A DNA stretch of 64,000 bases. It comes from Eledone cirrhosa (taxonomy: Eukaryota). The notes below the pieces were generated by a model. The model did no database searches and was not told the DNA's origin. It worked only from the letters and a program-made list of their open reading frames with translations. The stretch is from contig OZ024741.1 in assembly GCA_964016885.1 (NCBI GenBank), positions 58,962,001 to 59,026,000 on the forward strand, in the 5' to 3' direction. The position numbers and the translations under genes were made by a program. Positions 38,815 through 51,607 of this stretch are shown piece after piece (position 1 is the stretch's first letter; every line of letters begins with the position of its first letter).

Positions 38815-40655
38815 ATTGTTTAATGTCCATTTTGTATGCTTGCATGTGTTAGAAGGGTTGTCACATTATGATACAAGGAAGGTCAGTTGACCACATCTTG
38901 CTCATAGGGGACTGTACTTTGGCTGCGTTTCTACGGCTGGGTGCCCTTTTTAATATCAACCATGTTATAGTGTGAACTGGGTGCTTTTCATTTTGGCACC
39001 AAAAAGGCCACCTAATCGGATGAGTCCGGTGGATTTTAATGATGTCACCAGCACAACCACTTACCAGGTTGATTGGCTGCTTTTTGTTGAGTCAGTAGCA
39101 GAACCACCTTATAGGGTAGCTTTTGTTGTTGTGGTAGCAGATAACCATAGAAGGTGGTCTAAGTGCTTTTTGCATCATGGCAACATGATTGTGGGCGAGC
39201 AGATGTGGAGCATGTCCAGATTTCCATGCTTGTATGCATAGATTGAACAATATAGGATAGGTGTAAGATGGGGAGGGGAACAAGTTTGGACATGGATGAG
39301 GTGCATGGAATATTTAGTTGGTAACAGTGGACTATTATGACTGTGGAGGTTGAACGGGGAAGGGGTAGGGAGAAGAGGTCTCAATCCTGTCATTCTCTTT
39401 GAGAGGGTTAATTGTGCAAGGTCAGCTTTTATCACTTCATTTCAAGCTTTCCCAGGTCTTTCTCATTCATAGATTTCTTTGACTTTGAGCTCCTTGCACC
39501 TTTTTATACAGCTGTCATCCTTCATACACATCTCATGTCCATACCACTGCAATCTCCTCTCTTGCACACTGCATCTCTTATGCCCAGCTTCACTCCCAGT
39601 TCATTGACACCTCATCATTCATGTATTACACATTCATTGGAGTATGCAATCTTCATTTCTTTTCAATCTTTCAGGTCCATTTGCACCCTGCGCCCAGGTT
39701 TCATTTCCATGCAACATTGCTGTTCATACAAAAGGATCATACAATCTGCCTTTCATTTTGATGGGAAAAAAACCCTTGTAGCTAGCAATGGTAATAGCTC
39801 CCTGGACATTTTCCATCGCTTTCTCACTCTGGCTACTGTACATTCAGAACACCCACCTCCACTGATAATTTGGTAACTCAAGCAAGAGAAGCTATCAACT
39901 ACATCTATGAAGCCCTCTGAGCATTAAATAGAGCTTTTTTCCTGTGGGCTCATTCTGATTACTCTCCTGTTCATTGACTACATATAAAACCTACATTCTT
40001 TACTATTCTGCCTGAGAGTTTGCATTTAGAACATAGGATGGAATTTCTACCTACTCCTTTCCTGCATACTAAGCAAGGTCATTTACCTGAAGGGATTAGG
40101 GTGGTGTTTTCCTTTCTAATTATGAGGACTTTGGTCTTTGCCAAGTTGAATTTAAGACCTTGTTGCTTCCAAGCTATGCTTTCAGCTCAGGAATTTCTTC
40201 TCCAATTCTGCCATGAGGGTTAGATCATCAGCATATAGAAGTTCCCATGGGCAGCCAGTCTGAAGCTCTTCAGTTGTAGCCTGCAGAATGATAATAAACA
40301 TGAGAGAGCTATGAACAAAGCCCTGATGGACTCCAACTTTCACACTAAATTCCTCACTATAATCATTGTTAATTCTCCTCTGTACATGGCTTATACTGCT
40401 CTTGCAAGTAACTCATCTACCCCTAGTTTTCTAAGAGTGAGGGACTGCTTTCTCCAGGTCAACAAATACCAAGTAGAAGGGGGCACTTTTATCTAGGTAC
40501 TTCTCATGGAGTTACTTCACAAGGAAGAGGGCATCAGTGGTACTTTTACCTGGCTAAAATCCAAACTGCATCTCATTTAGTTTACCTTTTGCCTCTAATC
40601 AGCTATGCAATAACTCTTTCGGTATCTTTCCTGATCTGGTCAGTTAACCTGATGC
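38815..40655 (-). mobile_element. Old RTE copy (RT, PHD, 3' UTR)
   Basis: GCPWELLYADDL, MQFGF.PGKSTTDA and GGGCSECTVARV remnants; heavily mutated. Confidence 0.85.
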
Positions 40656-42052
40656 TGCTCTTTCTCTCTCTCTCTCCCTCTGTGTGTGTGTGTGTATAAA
40701 TATATATATCATCATCATCATACGTCCGCTTTTCCCTGCTTGCATATATATATATATATGTATGTATATATACATTTATATATATGTGTATGTGAGTTTG
40801 TTTAAAAACGTTGTTCTACCTAATTAAGGCAGGACTTATAACCATTTTATAACTCAATTTAGTGTTGATGTGAATTTTTATCCTCTGAAACGATCGTAAA
40901 ACAATGAATTAATTAACCTTGTCTGATTTTTTTCATTATTCAACATTCATGCTAGTATGCTAAACAGTGATGCTGATGATGATGATGATAAACATGCATA
41001 TTCAATGCAGTCTTTTTTCTTTCTTACATTTACATACATACACACACCTACACACACATACACATAAATTAAAAGATAAAATGTTGGCATAAGAATAGTC
41101 TCTTGGGTTTTTCTGTGCATGGGGAAATATTTGAAAATGTTTATCCTCTGCAATTCATTCTTTTCACAATTGACCCTTCTAATTAAAGAATAGTAATTTT
41201 ATCTACCATAAGTTTACCTTAATCTTCACACACACACACACACACACACAACAATTTTATATTAAACATATACCTAGACACACACTTGCACTCACACACA
41301 TACATATATATATGATTGTGTGTGTGTGTTTGTATGTATGATATGAAATTATGTATATACAGACTCACTTATATGTGTGTGTATGTATAATATGTAATTA
41401 TATATAAACGCTCATACAGAAAATGTAAGAATTATCTGTTCCTGCTTTAAGGAAAATGTAAATTTTTTGTTCTCAATTACTGGTGCCACACACAAGAGAA
41501 TACAGTGTTAGAAATCAGACATATAGTCGCGAACACAATTCTTAGTGTTTAATCTAAATTCAGTTACCCTAGAAAAAAAGAAAAGAATAGTAATAACTTA
41601 TTTATATTTATTTCATTGCTGCCTCAGTAATCATATTAATCCTGCAGTGAAGATGTGTGGCTTAATGGTTAGGGTGTTTATGCTCTTTTATAAAAAAATA
41701 ATCTTGCATTATTTGAAATATATGATGGTATGTGGCCCAGAGGTTAATGTGTTGGATATAATATCATGGGTTCAATCCCTTGACAGGGTTGTGCATTGTG
41801 TTCTTGAGCAAAACACTTCCTTTAGTTTCCTATCAGTGGATTAGCATCCTGTGCAGGGAGTTCTTGTACTCTCAGTCACTTAATGTTGATGGAACTGGAA
41901 AAAGCACTGGCCTGATGAGATGTCAGGCTTGGGATAGACTTTAACTTTAATTTTTTAACATGAAAAATAAATATAATGACATTACTTATGGCTTTCAAAT
42001 CATTTTGAAAATAATGAAGAATATGAGGGATTTAGTAACATAACTAACTTAA

Positions 42053-42273
42053 CCCTTTAGCATTTACATTACTCTATATATATTATTATATTTTCACAGT
42101 AAAAGCTTTACCTCACATAATTATCTCACATAACATCGAATCTATGAGATTTTGATATTATTTATTTTGAGAACAATACCTTAACATCAGTATGAATAGT
42201 CAGTTACAGCCGATTTGAACAGAAAGAGATGAGCAAATTCTGACTGGATATGGCCGGTTTAAATGCTAAAGGG
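42053..42273. mobile_element. piggyBac-like MITE, family 1
   Basis: TTAA-CCCTTTAGCATTTA ... TAAATGCTAAAGGG-TTAA. Confidence 0.88.
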
Positions 42274-43114
42274 TTAATCCTTATTAAGTTGGTATGGGGT
42301 AATGATTGGCAGAATTGTAAGAGTGTCAGACAAAATATCTCACTGCATTTGTTCTAGTTCTGAATTCAAACCCTGTGGAAGTCAACTTTAATTTCCATGC
42401 TTCTGGGGTTGGTGAAATAAAGTACCAAGGGGTTGATGTAATTGAATTCCCCTTCCCTCAAATTATTGGCCTTATACCTGAAATAGAAATCATTACTTAG
42501 CTGGTGTTTTACCAAGTCCATTTTATTGTGCTGACATCATGATAAAATGCACTTGGTAGAACACAAAATCCTATGTGATTGAGATGCAAAACTCCTGCTT
42601 ATCTGGGAGGTCAATGGCTCTGCTTCAGTACTGACTCAGTCTGTGAAAACCCGTTCAACCCTTCCTAGCTGGAAAAGTGGACGTTAAATGATGACAATGT
42701 TTGGAACATAACTTTACTAAGGTTCTTACATAAAATTTTGATAGAGAGGTTTTAGGTGAATATAAGAAATTTAGTATTATAAAAGCAAGGGTTGTTTCAG
42801 GTTTGATATCAAAAGGGCTAATGCATTTGATGGTAGGTATTGCTTGAGATGTATGTCAGTTGTTTGTCCCTGACTGCATGTGTACATTTGTGAATTGTTA
42901 AGACATGTAGCTTGATGGTTAAGGTATTCAGCTCTCAATCATAAGATCATCAGACTGATTCCCTGGCTTGGGGATGCATTGTGTCCTTAAGTTGATACAT
43001 CATTTCATATTTCTCCAGTTCACTCACCTGGCAAAAAGGAGTTGTACCTGTAATTCAAAGAGTCAGGTTTATCACACTCTGTGTTATGCGGAATCTCACT
43101 AAAAACTACATTAA

Positions 43115-43314
43115 CTCTTTAGCATTTAGATGACTCTGTATTTACTCTTGTATTTTATGGTAAACACTTTATCTCACATTACTATCTCACAATATTGAAT
43201 CTACGAGATTTTGATATTATTTATTTTGAGAACAATACCTTAACATCAGTATGAGTGGCTGGTTTGAACAGAAAGAGGTGAGAGAATTCTGGCCAGATAC
43301 TAAATGCTAGAGGA
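43115..43314. mobile_element. piggyBac-like MITE family 1, nested in a SINE (about 42905-43430)
   Basis: Same body and TIRs; interrupts the SINE at actacaTTAA/gggtacacatg. Confidence 0.8.
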
Positions 43315-44778
43315 TTACGGGTACACATGCCTGGGGAATGCTCACCCACAACTACTTGGAACTTTACTTCATGATCAGGCTTTTCTGTTGATTGAATCAA
43401 TTGAAACACTCATGGTCAGTATTGATTGAAGTTTCTCCCACCAGAAATCTGTCATGTATTTCTCTAGATTGTAGTTACCATTTTTCTTGCTAGAGAAAGG
43501 GAGAGTTAACTGAATTAAGTCTCAGCAGATATCTATGTTGAATTAACATAGTTAATATGGTTTCTGTCTCTCTTTTTTTTAGAATGCTGCACTGATGAGT
43601 ATTGAACAGAACAAGATTAAAGAACTGAAGGAGTGAGAGAGTAGAAAGATTGAGAGGGAGAGAATTAAAAGTACATGAAAGTAGGCTTTCTTATAGAATG
43701 ATGCTATGATTCCAGCATTGATCCATTCTGACATGAAAACAAAGGTAACTCCTCCTCCCCAACAAAAAAAAAACGTTTTTAATAGCAATTATAATATTCT
43801 AAATTTTGTCAAAAATAAGTTTCATTGCTATATTTTAATATAGATTTTGTCACAACAATACAGTTTATATGAAGAATTGTGAAATATGTGGTTAGGATTG
43901 TTTGGGGAAAGCTGGTACAATACAAATTAGAAATACATGGGTGAAAATTAGAGTAGAGTTGTTTTGGTTTTCTTATTTTACTCTACTTTTTCCTCTCGTC
44001 TTTCTAACTTGAATTGTAATTGCTTTTCCAAAACAAGCGTCAGCACATATTTTTATATATATTTCAAATGAAACAAGGCCCCCTGGACTATGAGGCCCTG
44101 GGCTGTAGCCCACTTAGCCCGTATGCAAATTTGCTATTGTCTGCTGTGTATGTATGTAAAGGTTAATTTTCTTCTCTCACTTGTAGTGGATTATTCATGA
44201 TAATAAATTTTCCATGTATGTGTTGACCTAGTAACACAGATACTTTGCAATATGTTATAGTAACCTTTCTGTCTCCTTACTCAAGATTCTACAGCCTCTG
44301 CAAATACCACACAACAACACTATGGCCTTTTTTTTTTAATTCAGTTTTCATTTTCTGCTGATATTTTTATGCTAACGTCACCACAGAAGACAGCTTGCGA
44401 CAGATCAGCATCTACAGTAAGTATTGATTTTCAACTAGACTAAGCTTATTGACAGTTCAAAGAGTTAATTTATATCATCAGCCAAGTGTTCAGTTATAAA
44501 ATAAAGATTAAAATATCATAAAAATCTTTCACTAAGCTTAAAATTCGGGGCTATAAATCCCTTAAATTTTGATTTAAACCAAAAGTGTGACTTTTACCCT
44601 CTGATATTATTTCTTCTTGGAATCAAGGCACACAGCATGGCCAAATGGTTAAAAAGTTTACTTCACAATCATTAGGTCCCAGGTTTAATCCAACTGCATA
44701 TGTCATGCACCATAACTACAAGGCAATCCAAACCTTGTGAGTGTAATTAGGTAGATGGAAACTGTTTGGAAGCCCGTC

Positions 44779-45107
44779 GGTGGGACTAGCAACAAGAAAC
44801 ACCATGTGAATCCTGAAAGTACGTAATTAGTTCAAATATTAAGTCAGCTTATATTTTGAGCTGAGGTGCTGAAAAAGAAGGTATTATAAAACGCTCAAAT
44901 AACACCATCAACTTATGTGGGTGAGGCTAAGGTCAAGAAAAAGTCAAGAATGTTAATAGCCTCACCCACATAAGTTGATGGTGTTATTTGAGCGTTTTAT
45001 AATACCTTCTTTTTCAGCACCTCAGCTCAAAATATAAGCTGACTTAATATTTGAACTAATTACCTACTTTCAGGATTCACATGGTGTTTCTTGTTGCTAG
45101 TCCCACC
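44779..45107. repeat. Near-perfect hairpin: 151-bp arms, 27-bp spacer
   Basis: 44779-44929 is the reverse complement of 44957-45107 with about one mismatch. Confidence 0.95.
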
Positions 45108-46419
45108 AGAAATTTATATTATTATTGTGATGATGATGATCATCTTCATCACTGTTTTTCGTCCATTCTTCCATGCTAGCATGGGTTAGACGGGTTGTCC
45201 TGTTGTGGGCAATGCCAGGTCAAATGACCTTGTCTTGCTCATACAGGAACTGATTTGGGCTTGATTTCTACAGCTGGATGCCCTTCCTAACACCAACCTC
45301 ATTTACAGTGAGTACTGGGTGATTATTATTATTATATCCCGCTGAGGTTGACTTTACCTTTCATCCTTACAGGGTCGATAAAATAAAGTACCAGTAATGC
45401 ACTGGGTAATTGCTGGCCTTGTGCCTAAAGTAGAAACAATTATTATATCACAGGGTGGTGGATTGGCAGTATTGGTAGAGAGTCGGATGCCTTGCTTTGA
45501 TGCATAGAGTTACGGCCCTTGCCATTCTGAGTTCAAATTCCGCCGAGATTAACTTTGCCTTTCATCCTTACGGGGGTCAATAAAATAAAGTACCAGTAAT
45601 ACACTGGATAATTGCTGGCCTTGTGCCTAAAGTAGAAACAATTATTACATCACAGTGACCATCTATTCATTATAAATGTGTTGTAAAACTTATGATTATT
45701 AATTAAGCATTCAGAAATATATGCACACACACACACACACACACAGTCTCTCTCTCGTTCTCTCTCTTCCCCTCTCTTTCTTTCTCTCTCTCTCTCCCTC
45801 TCTTTCTTTCTCTCTCCCTCGCCCTCTCTTTCTTTCTCTCTCCCTCGCCCTCTCTTTCTCTCTCTCTCTTAGCAGGTGTGAGAGTAAAGTTTTTTTCATG
45901 GTTGTTTGCTGGCTTAGTTCATTTGTGGGGGTGTAGTAGGAGTTGAACTGGTGGTTTGTTGGTCAAGACAATGGCAAGTGAAGTGTGTCTCAGTGAGTCG
46001 AAAGAATTGTTGCTGGGAAGTCTTGCCATGGTTAATGAAACCGCTAGTTGTTGTGGTGAAGACAATTTTCCTCAATCATATTGATATGAATTTACAGATA
46101 AACAACACAAAACTAATTTTTATGTTTTTACTGGTTGCATGATTTACTTCCAAATCATGTGCAGTAATGAACAATGTAATTTTTTTTTCTTTTGTAGATA
46201 GTACACAAATAATTGTGGTGAGTTAAATTGGTTGGATATATATATATAAATAAACGGAAAAAATGAAACGAAATTTCATTTCTCACTCTTAGTACGGCTG
46301 TTACTTAAATATAAGTATGTACCCAGCCGATTAACTCACTCGATATGCAAATTGGGCTACTCAGCCGTTAATATGCATAAGGTAAGTATATACGTTCAAC
46401 AATCTGGCAGGAAGGTATA

Positions 46420-46460
46420 CATTGCTGACGATAGCTAATAAGCTTGAAACTAGTACAGCG
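46420..46460 (+). ncRNA. Minimal type I hammerhead (U10/U11 variant)
   Basis: cattg-CTGACGA-tAGCTaataAGCTt-GAAAC-ta-GTA-cagcg; palindromic ACTAGT stem III. Confidence 0.75.
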
Positions 46461-46665
46461 TTCCTTTGTCAGTGTTGAACAAACGAGCAACGATGGTTGC
46501 TGGACACCACGGCTTAATACGGGATGTTTGTTTACAAACACACCGAGCATTATAATAAATGTTTGGTGAATCCATACGTACATATATATATGTGTGCATG
46601 TATGTATATATATATATACATACTACTGTACGCTGTATACATATATGTATGTACGTGTACATACT

Positions 46666-46736
<71 letters not shown>

Positions 46737-46831
46737 ATATATAAATATATATATATATATATAAATATATATATATATAAATGTAAGTATGTATGTATAC
46801 GTACATATATGTATACAGACGTACAGTAGCA

Positions 46832-46869
<38 letters not shown>

Positions 46870-46875
46870 TATACA

Positions 46876-47304
46876 TACAGGTACACATACATATATGTAC
46901 GTATCAGTTTAGCGGACGTTTATTATAACGCCCGCTTTGTCCGTTTGTAAACAAACTGACAGCCTGAATTTATGCCGTACGGTGTTAAGGCAACCACGTC
47001 ACCTTTTTGTTCAACACTGACACAGGAACGATGTACTAGTTTCAAGCTTCTTAGCTATCATCAGCACCGTATACCCTTCTGCCAGATGGTTGAACGTTCG
47101 AAAGTATATACTTTCCTTATGAAAATTAATGGCTGAGCAGCCTAATTTGCATATCGAGTGAGTTCAGTCGGCCAGGCGCACCGAAAACGATAAGTTTAAC
47201 ACCGTAAACGATAAGTTTAACAAGCTTGTTTACAAACGGACAAAGCGGGCGTTATAATAAACGTCCGCTAAACTGATACGTACATATATGTATGTGTACC
47301 TGTA
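46876..47304 (-). mobile_element. Hammerhead element with about 75-bp inverted ends
   Basis: 46876-46955 is the reverse complement of 47226-47304; the body is homologous (inverted) to 46322-46565. Confidence 0.75.
47029..47069 (-). ncRNA. Minimal type I hammerhead, paralogue of 46420
   Basis: Reverse complement: cggtg-CTGATGA-tAGCTaagaAGCTt-GAAAC-ta-GTA-catcg. Confidence 0.82.
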
Positions 47305-50300
47305 TCATCATCATCATCATCATCATCAACGTTTAACGTCCGTGTTCCACGCTTGCATGGGTTTGGACGGGGGTAGTCCCACTTGAGGCAAGAGTGATTG
47401 TCTTGCTCGCATAGGACTGTCTGGCAGGTTTTCTACAGTTGGATGCCCTTCCTAACACCAACCACATTTACAGTGTGGGTCTGGGAGGTTTTTACCGTGT
47501 TGCCTACACGGCCACATTACAGCGTGGACTGTGTGTTTTTTTGTCGTGACACCTACACGATCTCATTTGTTTCAGCCTGGATGGCGCGGCACCAACATAA
47601 CTTTACATAGAACGGGGTGGTGTGGATGGGGTGGGGGTGGTGGTGGTGGGACGGGGTTTATTTTGTTAGAGATGCCTACTGGCAAGGCGGGTCTTCTCTG
47701 TTACTGAGTACCGCCAAAGGTCTCGGTCCAGTGACATTGTCTTGGAGAGGTGTAAGTGTGTGAGGTCGGAGTTTATCAGCTCGTCCCAGGTTTTTCTAGG
47801 TCTGCCTATTCCGTGGCTACCGTCTATCTTTATTGCCCTGCACTTTGTTATACAGCTATCGACTTTCATGCGCATCACGTGTCCATACCAACGTAGCCTT
47901 CTCTCGAGTAAACAACATCTGATCCCTCTTATCTCTAATTTTTTCCTTAGTTCGTTTATGCTTTGCCGTTCACGTATATTACTGTTACACATCCAGCGGA
48001 GCATGCAAGCTTCGTTCCTCTCTAGTCTGCGTATATCCTCTGCACACAATGCCCAGGTCTCACTGCCATGCAACATTGCTGTTCGTATGCAGGCATCGTA
48101 CAACCTGCCTTTCATTTTTAGGGAGAACCCTTTAGCAGCTAATAGTGGTATAAGCTCTCTGAACTTTTTCCAACCAGTTCTGACTCTAGCTACAGTACTT
48201 TCAGAGCACCCTCCCCCACTGCTGATTTTATCGCCCAGGTAACGGAAGCTGTCCACTATTTCTATAGAACCCTCTGCGCAATTGAAAGAGCTAGTATTTT
48301 GTGGGCACTTGCTGCTACTTATTGCACCAGAACACCGGCCACATGTAAAATCTATGTTCTTAGTTAGCTTACCTGTGATCCCACTACATCTTTTATGCAC
48401 CCATACTTTGCATTTAGGACACAAAATGGAGTTTCTACCTACGCCTTTCCTACACACCGAGCACGACCATTTCCCAGAAGGGACCGCCGCCTTGTTTTCT
48501 TTCCTACAAACTAGAACTTTGGTCTTAGCCAGGTTAATTTTAAGTCCTTTTGACTCTAGGCCGTGCTTCCATGTTTGGAATTTCTTCTCTAGCTCGGCCA
48601 TTGATTCCGCTATGAGTGTCAGGTCGTCTGCGTATAGGAGTTCCCATGGGCAGCCTGTCTTGAACTCCTCTGTTATAGCCTGAAGGACAATAATAAATAG
48701 TAGGGGGCTGAGAACAGAGCCCTGATGGACGCCAACTTTTACGCTAAACTCTTCACTATATTCGTTGTTAATTCTAACCTTGCTGACTGTTTCTTTATAC
48801 ATGGCTTGTATAGCCCTCACAAGCTATTCGTCAATGCCTAGTTTTCTAAGAGCCCACCAGATAATGGAGCGGGGGACTCTGTCGAAGGCTTTCTCCAAGT
48901 CGACAAAAGCTAAGTAGAGTGGTTTACCTTTAGCTAGGAACTTCTCCTGTAGTTGTCGTACTATGAAAAGAGCGTCTGTGGTACTTTTGCCTGACACAAA
49001 CCCGAACTGCATTTCATCTGGGTCAATTCTCTCTCTGATTAGTTGCGCTATTACTTTTTCCGTGACCTTCATGACCTGGTCGATTAATTTAATGCCTCTA
49101 TAGTTACTCCTATCTAGGGCGTCTCCTTTACCCTTATAACAGTTAACGATGATGCTGCTATGCCAGTCCTTCGGAACAACCCCATTCTGTACGACTTGGT
49201 TAACTATGCAGGTGACCATGGTGTGTCCCACCGTGCCAGATGCCTTCAGCATCTCAGCAACTTTTTCCGAAGGCCCAGCCTCCTTACCTGTCTTCATATC
49301 CTTGATTGCCTTACTTATTATACTCCCCTCGACTAACACTGCTGGTCCCTCTATTGGGTCGACATGGGGGATACTGTCTTTCTCCCATTTATTCTCCTCA
49401 TTTAGTAGCCTTTCATAGTGACACTTCCAAGCTACCTTCTTATCAGTGTCGGTGATGGCAAGTATGCCGTCATCGTTAAGTACACACTTCTCCCCGACAA
49501 TATCACGGTTTTCCTTGACGCATTGCCTAGCAATCCTGAACACCTCACGTTTTTGGTCATCGCGTTGTAGGACATGCTTGAACTTTCTTTCCTCAGCTTC
49601 CCTTCTTGCTAAGTACACTTCTCTCCTAGCTTCCCTCCTGGCCACTTGATAGTCTACTCTACTTCCCCCATCCCGCCATACTTTCCAAGCCTGCTTTTTG
49701 GCCTTAATTGACCCCTCCACCTTACTGTTCCACCACCATGTTACTCTCCTCCTGCCTACAGGCCTGCTCCAGCCACAGACTTCGTCTGTCGCCAACAGCA
49801 GGTTTGCTTTCAGAAATTCCCACTGTCCCTCTATATTGTCCGACTCTAAATGTTCTTCCTTACTGTCGAAATTTTGAATTTATTTTTGGCTGTGGGGTCC
49901 TTTAGCTTCCATATTTTTCTCCTGAGGATAGTCCTCTTCTGCTGTCGAGTACGTCTCGTCCTGACTATGAGGTCGCTAATTATCAGTCTATGTTGGGAGG
50001 TGCATTCTTCATGGGGGAGGGATTTAGTGTTTACAACAGACACTCTGTCACGTCTTCTGGTAAGGATATAATCTACCTGGCTTGTGTGTTCCCCGGATCT
50101 ATAGGTGATCAGGTGACTGTCACGTTTTTTGAAGTTAGTGTTACAGATAGTTAGGTTATTTGCATCACAGAATTCCAGGATTCTGGAGCCTTCCTCATTT
50201 CTAGTACCAAACCCATAGTCTCCATGGATTTCGTCGTAGCCGTCACAATGTCGCCCAACGTGACCATTTAGGTCGCCTGCAATAATTATATAGTCACTGT

Positions 50301-51570
50301 CAGATATTTGGGAGGTAGTGAGCATCAGTGTCTCATAGAATCTGTCTTTTATAGTGCCGGGCAGTCCGGATTGGGGTGCGTACGCAGATATTACTGTCAC
50401 CGTAGTTCTATTGAGGACAAGTCGTATTTTAATTATTCTGTCGTTCACTCTATTTACGTCTATTATCTTATCTGCCCACTTTTCTGCTACCATGATTCCT
50501 ACTCCACCCAGCCCATCGTCGTTTCCCACCCAGAAAAGCTTATAACATCGTTTTTTACCCTCAATGAATCTAGCAGACCCACCCCCCCACCTGGTCTCTT
50601 GAATACAACAAACATCGACCTCCTTACGTTCAAGCATTTCTACAACCTCGTTAGCGCGACCCTTTAGGGTGCCTACATTTATGGTACCAACTCTGAAGTT
50701 TTGGATCGCGTTTGGAGGGTGGGGGTGGTGGGGGGCGGGGGGAGATGGGGTTATGTCAGCCATCCGCGGGCGAAACAAAGAAGAGTGCTCGCATTCTCGT
50801 CCACGAGGTGAATTTGACTTTAGCATTGGCATTTTCGCTCTGAGCGTCCAGATTTTTCTCTCCCTTCCACTCTCCAGGATTCCGCAGTCCGTCCATCCAT
50901 CCATCCATCCATCATATATCGAAGGCAACCGTGCAAGCGATAGTATAGGCCTCTGGCTTATGATTGGTCCGCGTAATAATAATAATGGTGATGCGTGTGG
51001 GGGGGGGGTCTCTGGCTTATAATAATAATGGTGATGCGTGTGGGGGGGGGGGTCTCTGGCTTATGATTGGTTCACGTATTAAGAATGGTGGTGTGTGGGG
51101 GCGGGTGGGAGGGATGTGGGGTAGCTAGCTGGAAGGTTATGAATGTTTAACAGCGAGTAACAAAAAGCGAAACTGCAAGATTTGTTCTGTTCAATACGAC
51201 AAAAACACCGTATTTAAACCTTAATAAATAACAAAAAATACAGATTTCGGATTTTGCGAGATTGGATGTTTGGACTATGTACGAAATTGTGGTGTGTGGA
51301 GTAGATAGGAAAAACGTGAACGTTACGATTACATGGTTACACCGTAGTAGGGGTAGTTGAAGCAGCAATTGTTTGGCGAAAGTGAATAAACATGAACGGG
51401 AATTTATCTTATATATATATATGTGTGTGTGTGTAGCTAAGAGAGAGAGAGAGAGAGTGGGAAGGGGGAGAGAGAGAGAGAGAGAGAGAGTGGCTGACCG
51501 CAACCCCTCGTGAAGAAGATGGTGGGTGAAGGGTGTATGAGCGGGATTTTTGACTTTCGAGGTATCATGA
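47305..51570 (-). mobile_element. Near full-length RTE LINE (APE, RT, PHD)
   Basis: ORF pieces 49846-50928, 48824-49795 and 47666-48820; stop at 48824 and frameshift/deletion near 49850; (CAT)n tail at 47305. Confidence 0.95.
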
Positions 51571-51607
51571 TATATATATTTAAAGTAAATTATATGTATA
51601 TATATAT

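Noticed and set aside
40860-40905. GAAACgatcGTA with a palindromic stem III
   Set aside because: The CUGANGA box and stem II are missing; at best a relic.
41905-41940. ggcCTGATGAg motif
   Set aside because: Part of a SINE tail; no stem II-GAAA follows.
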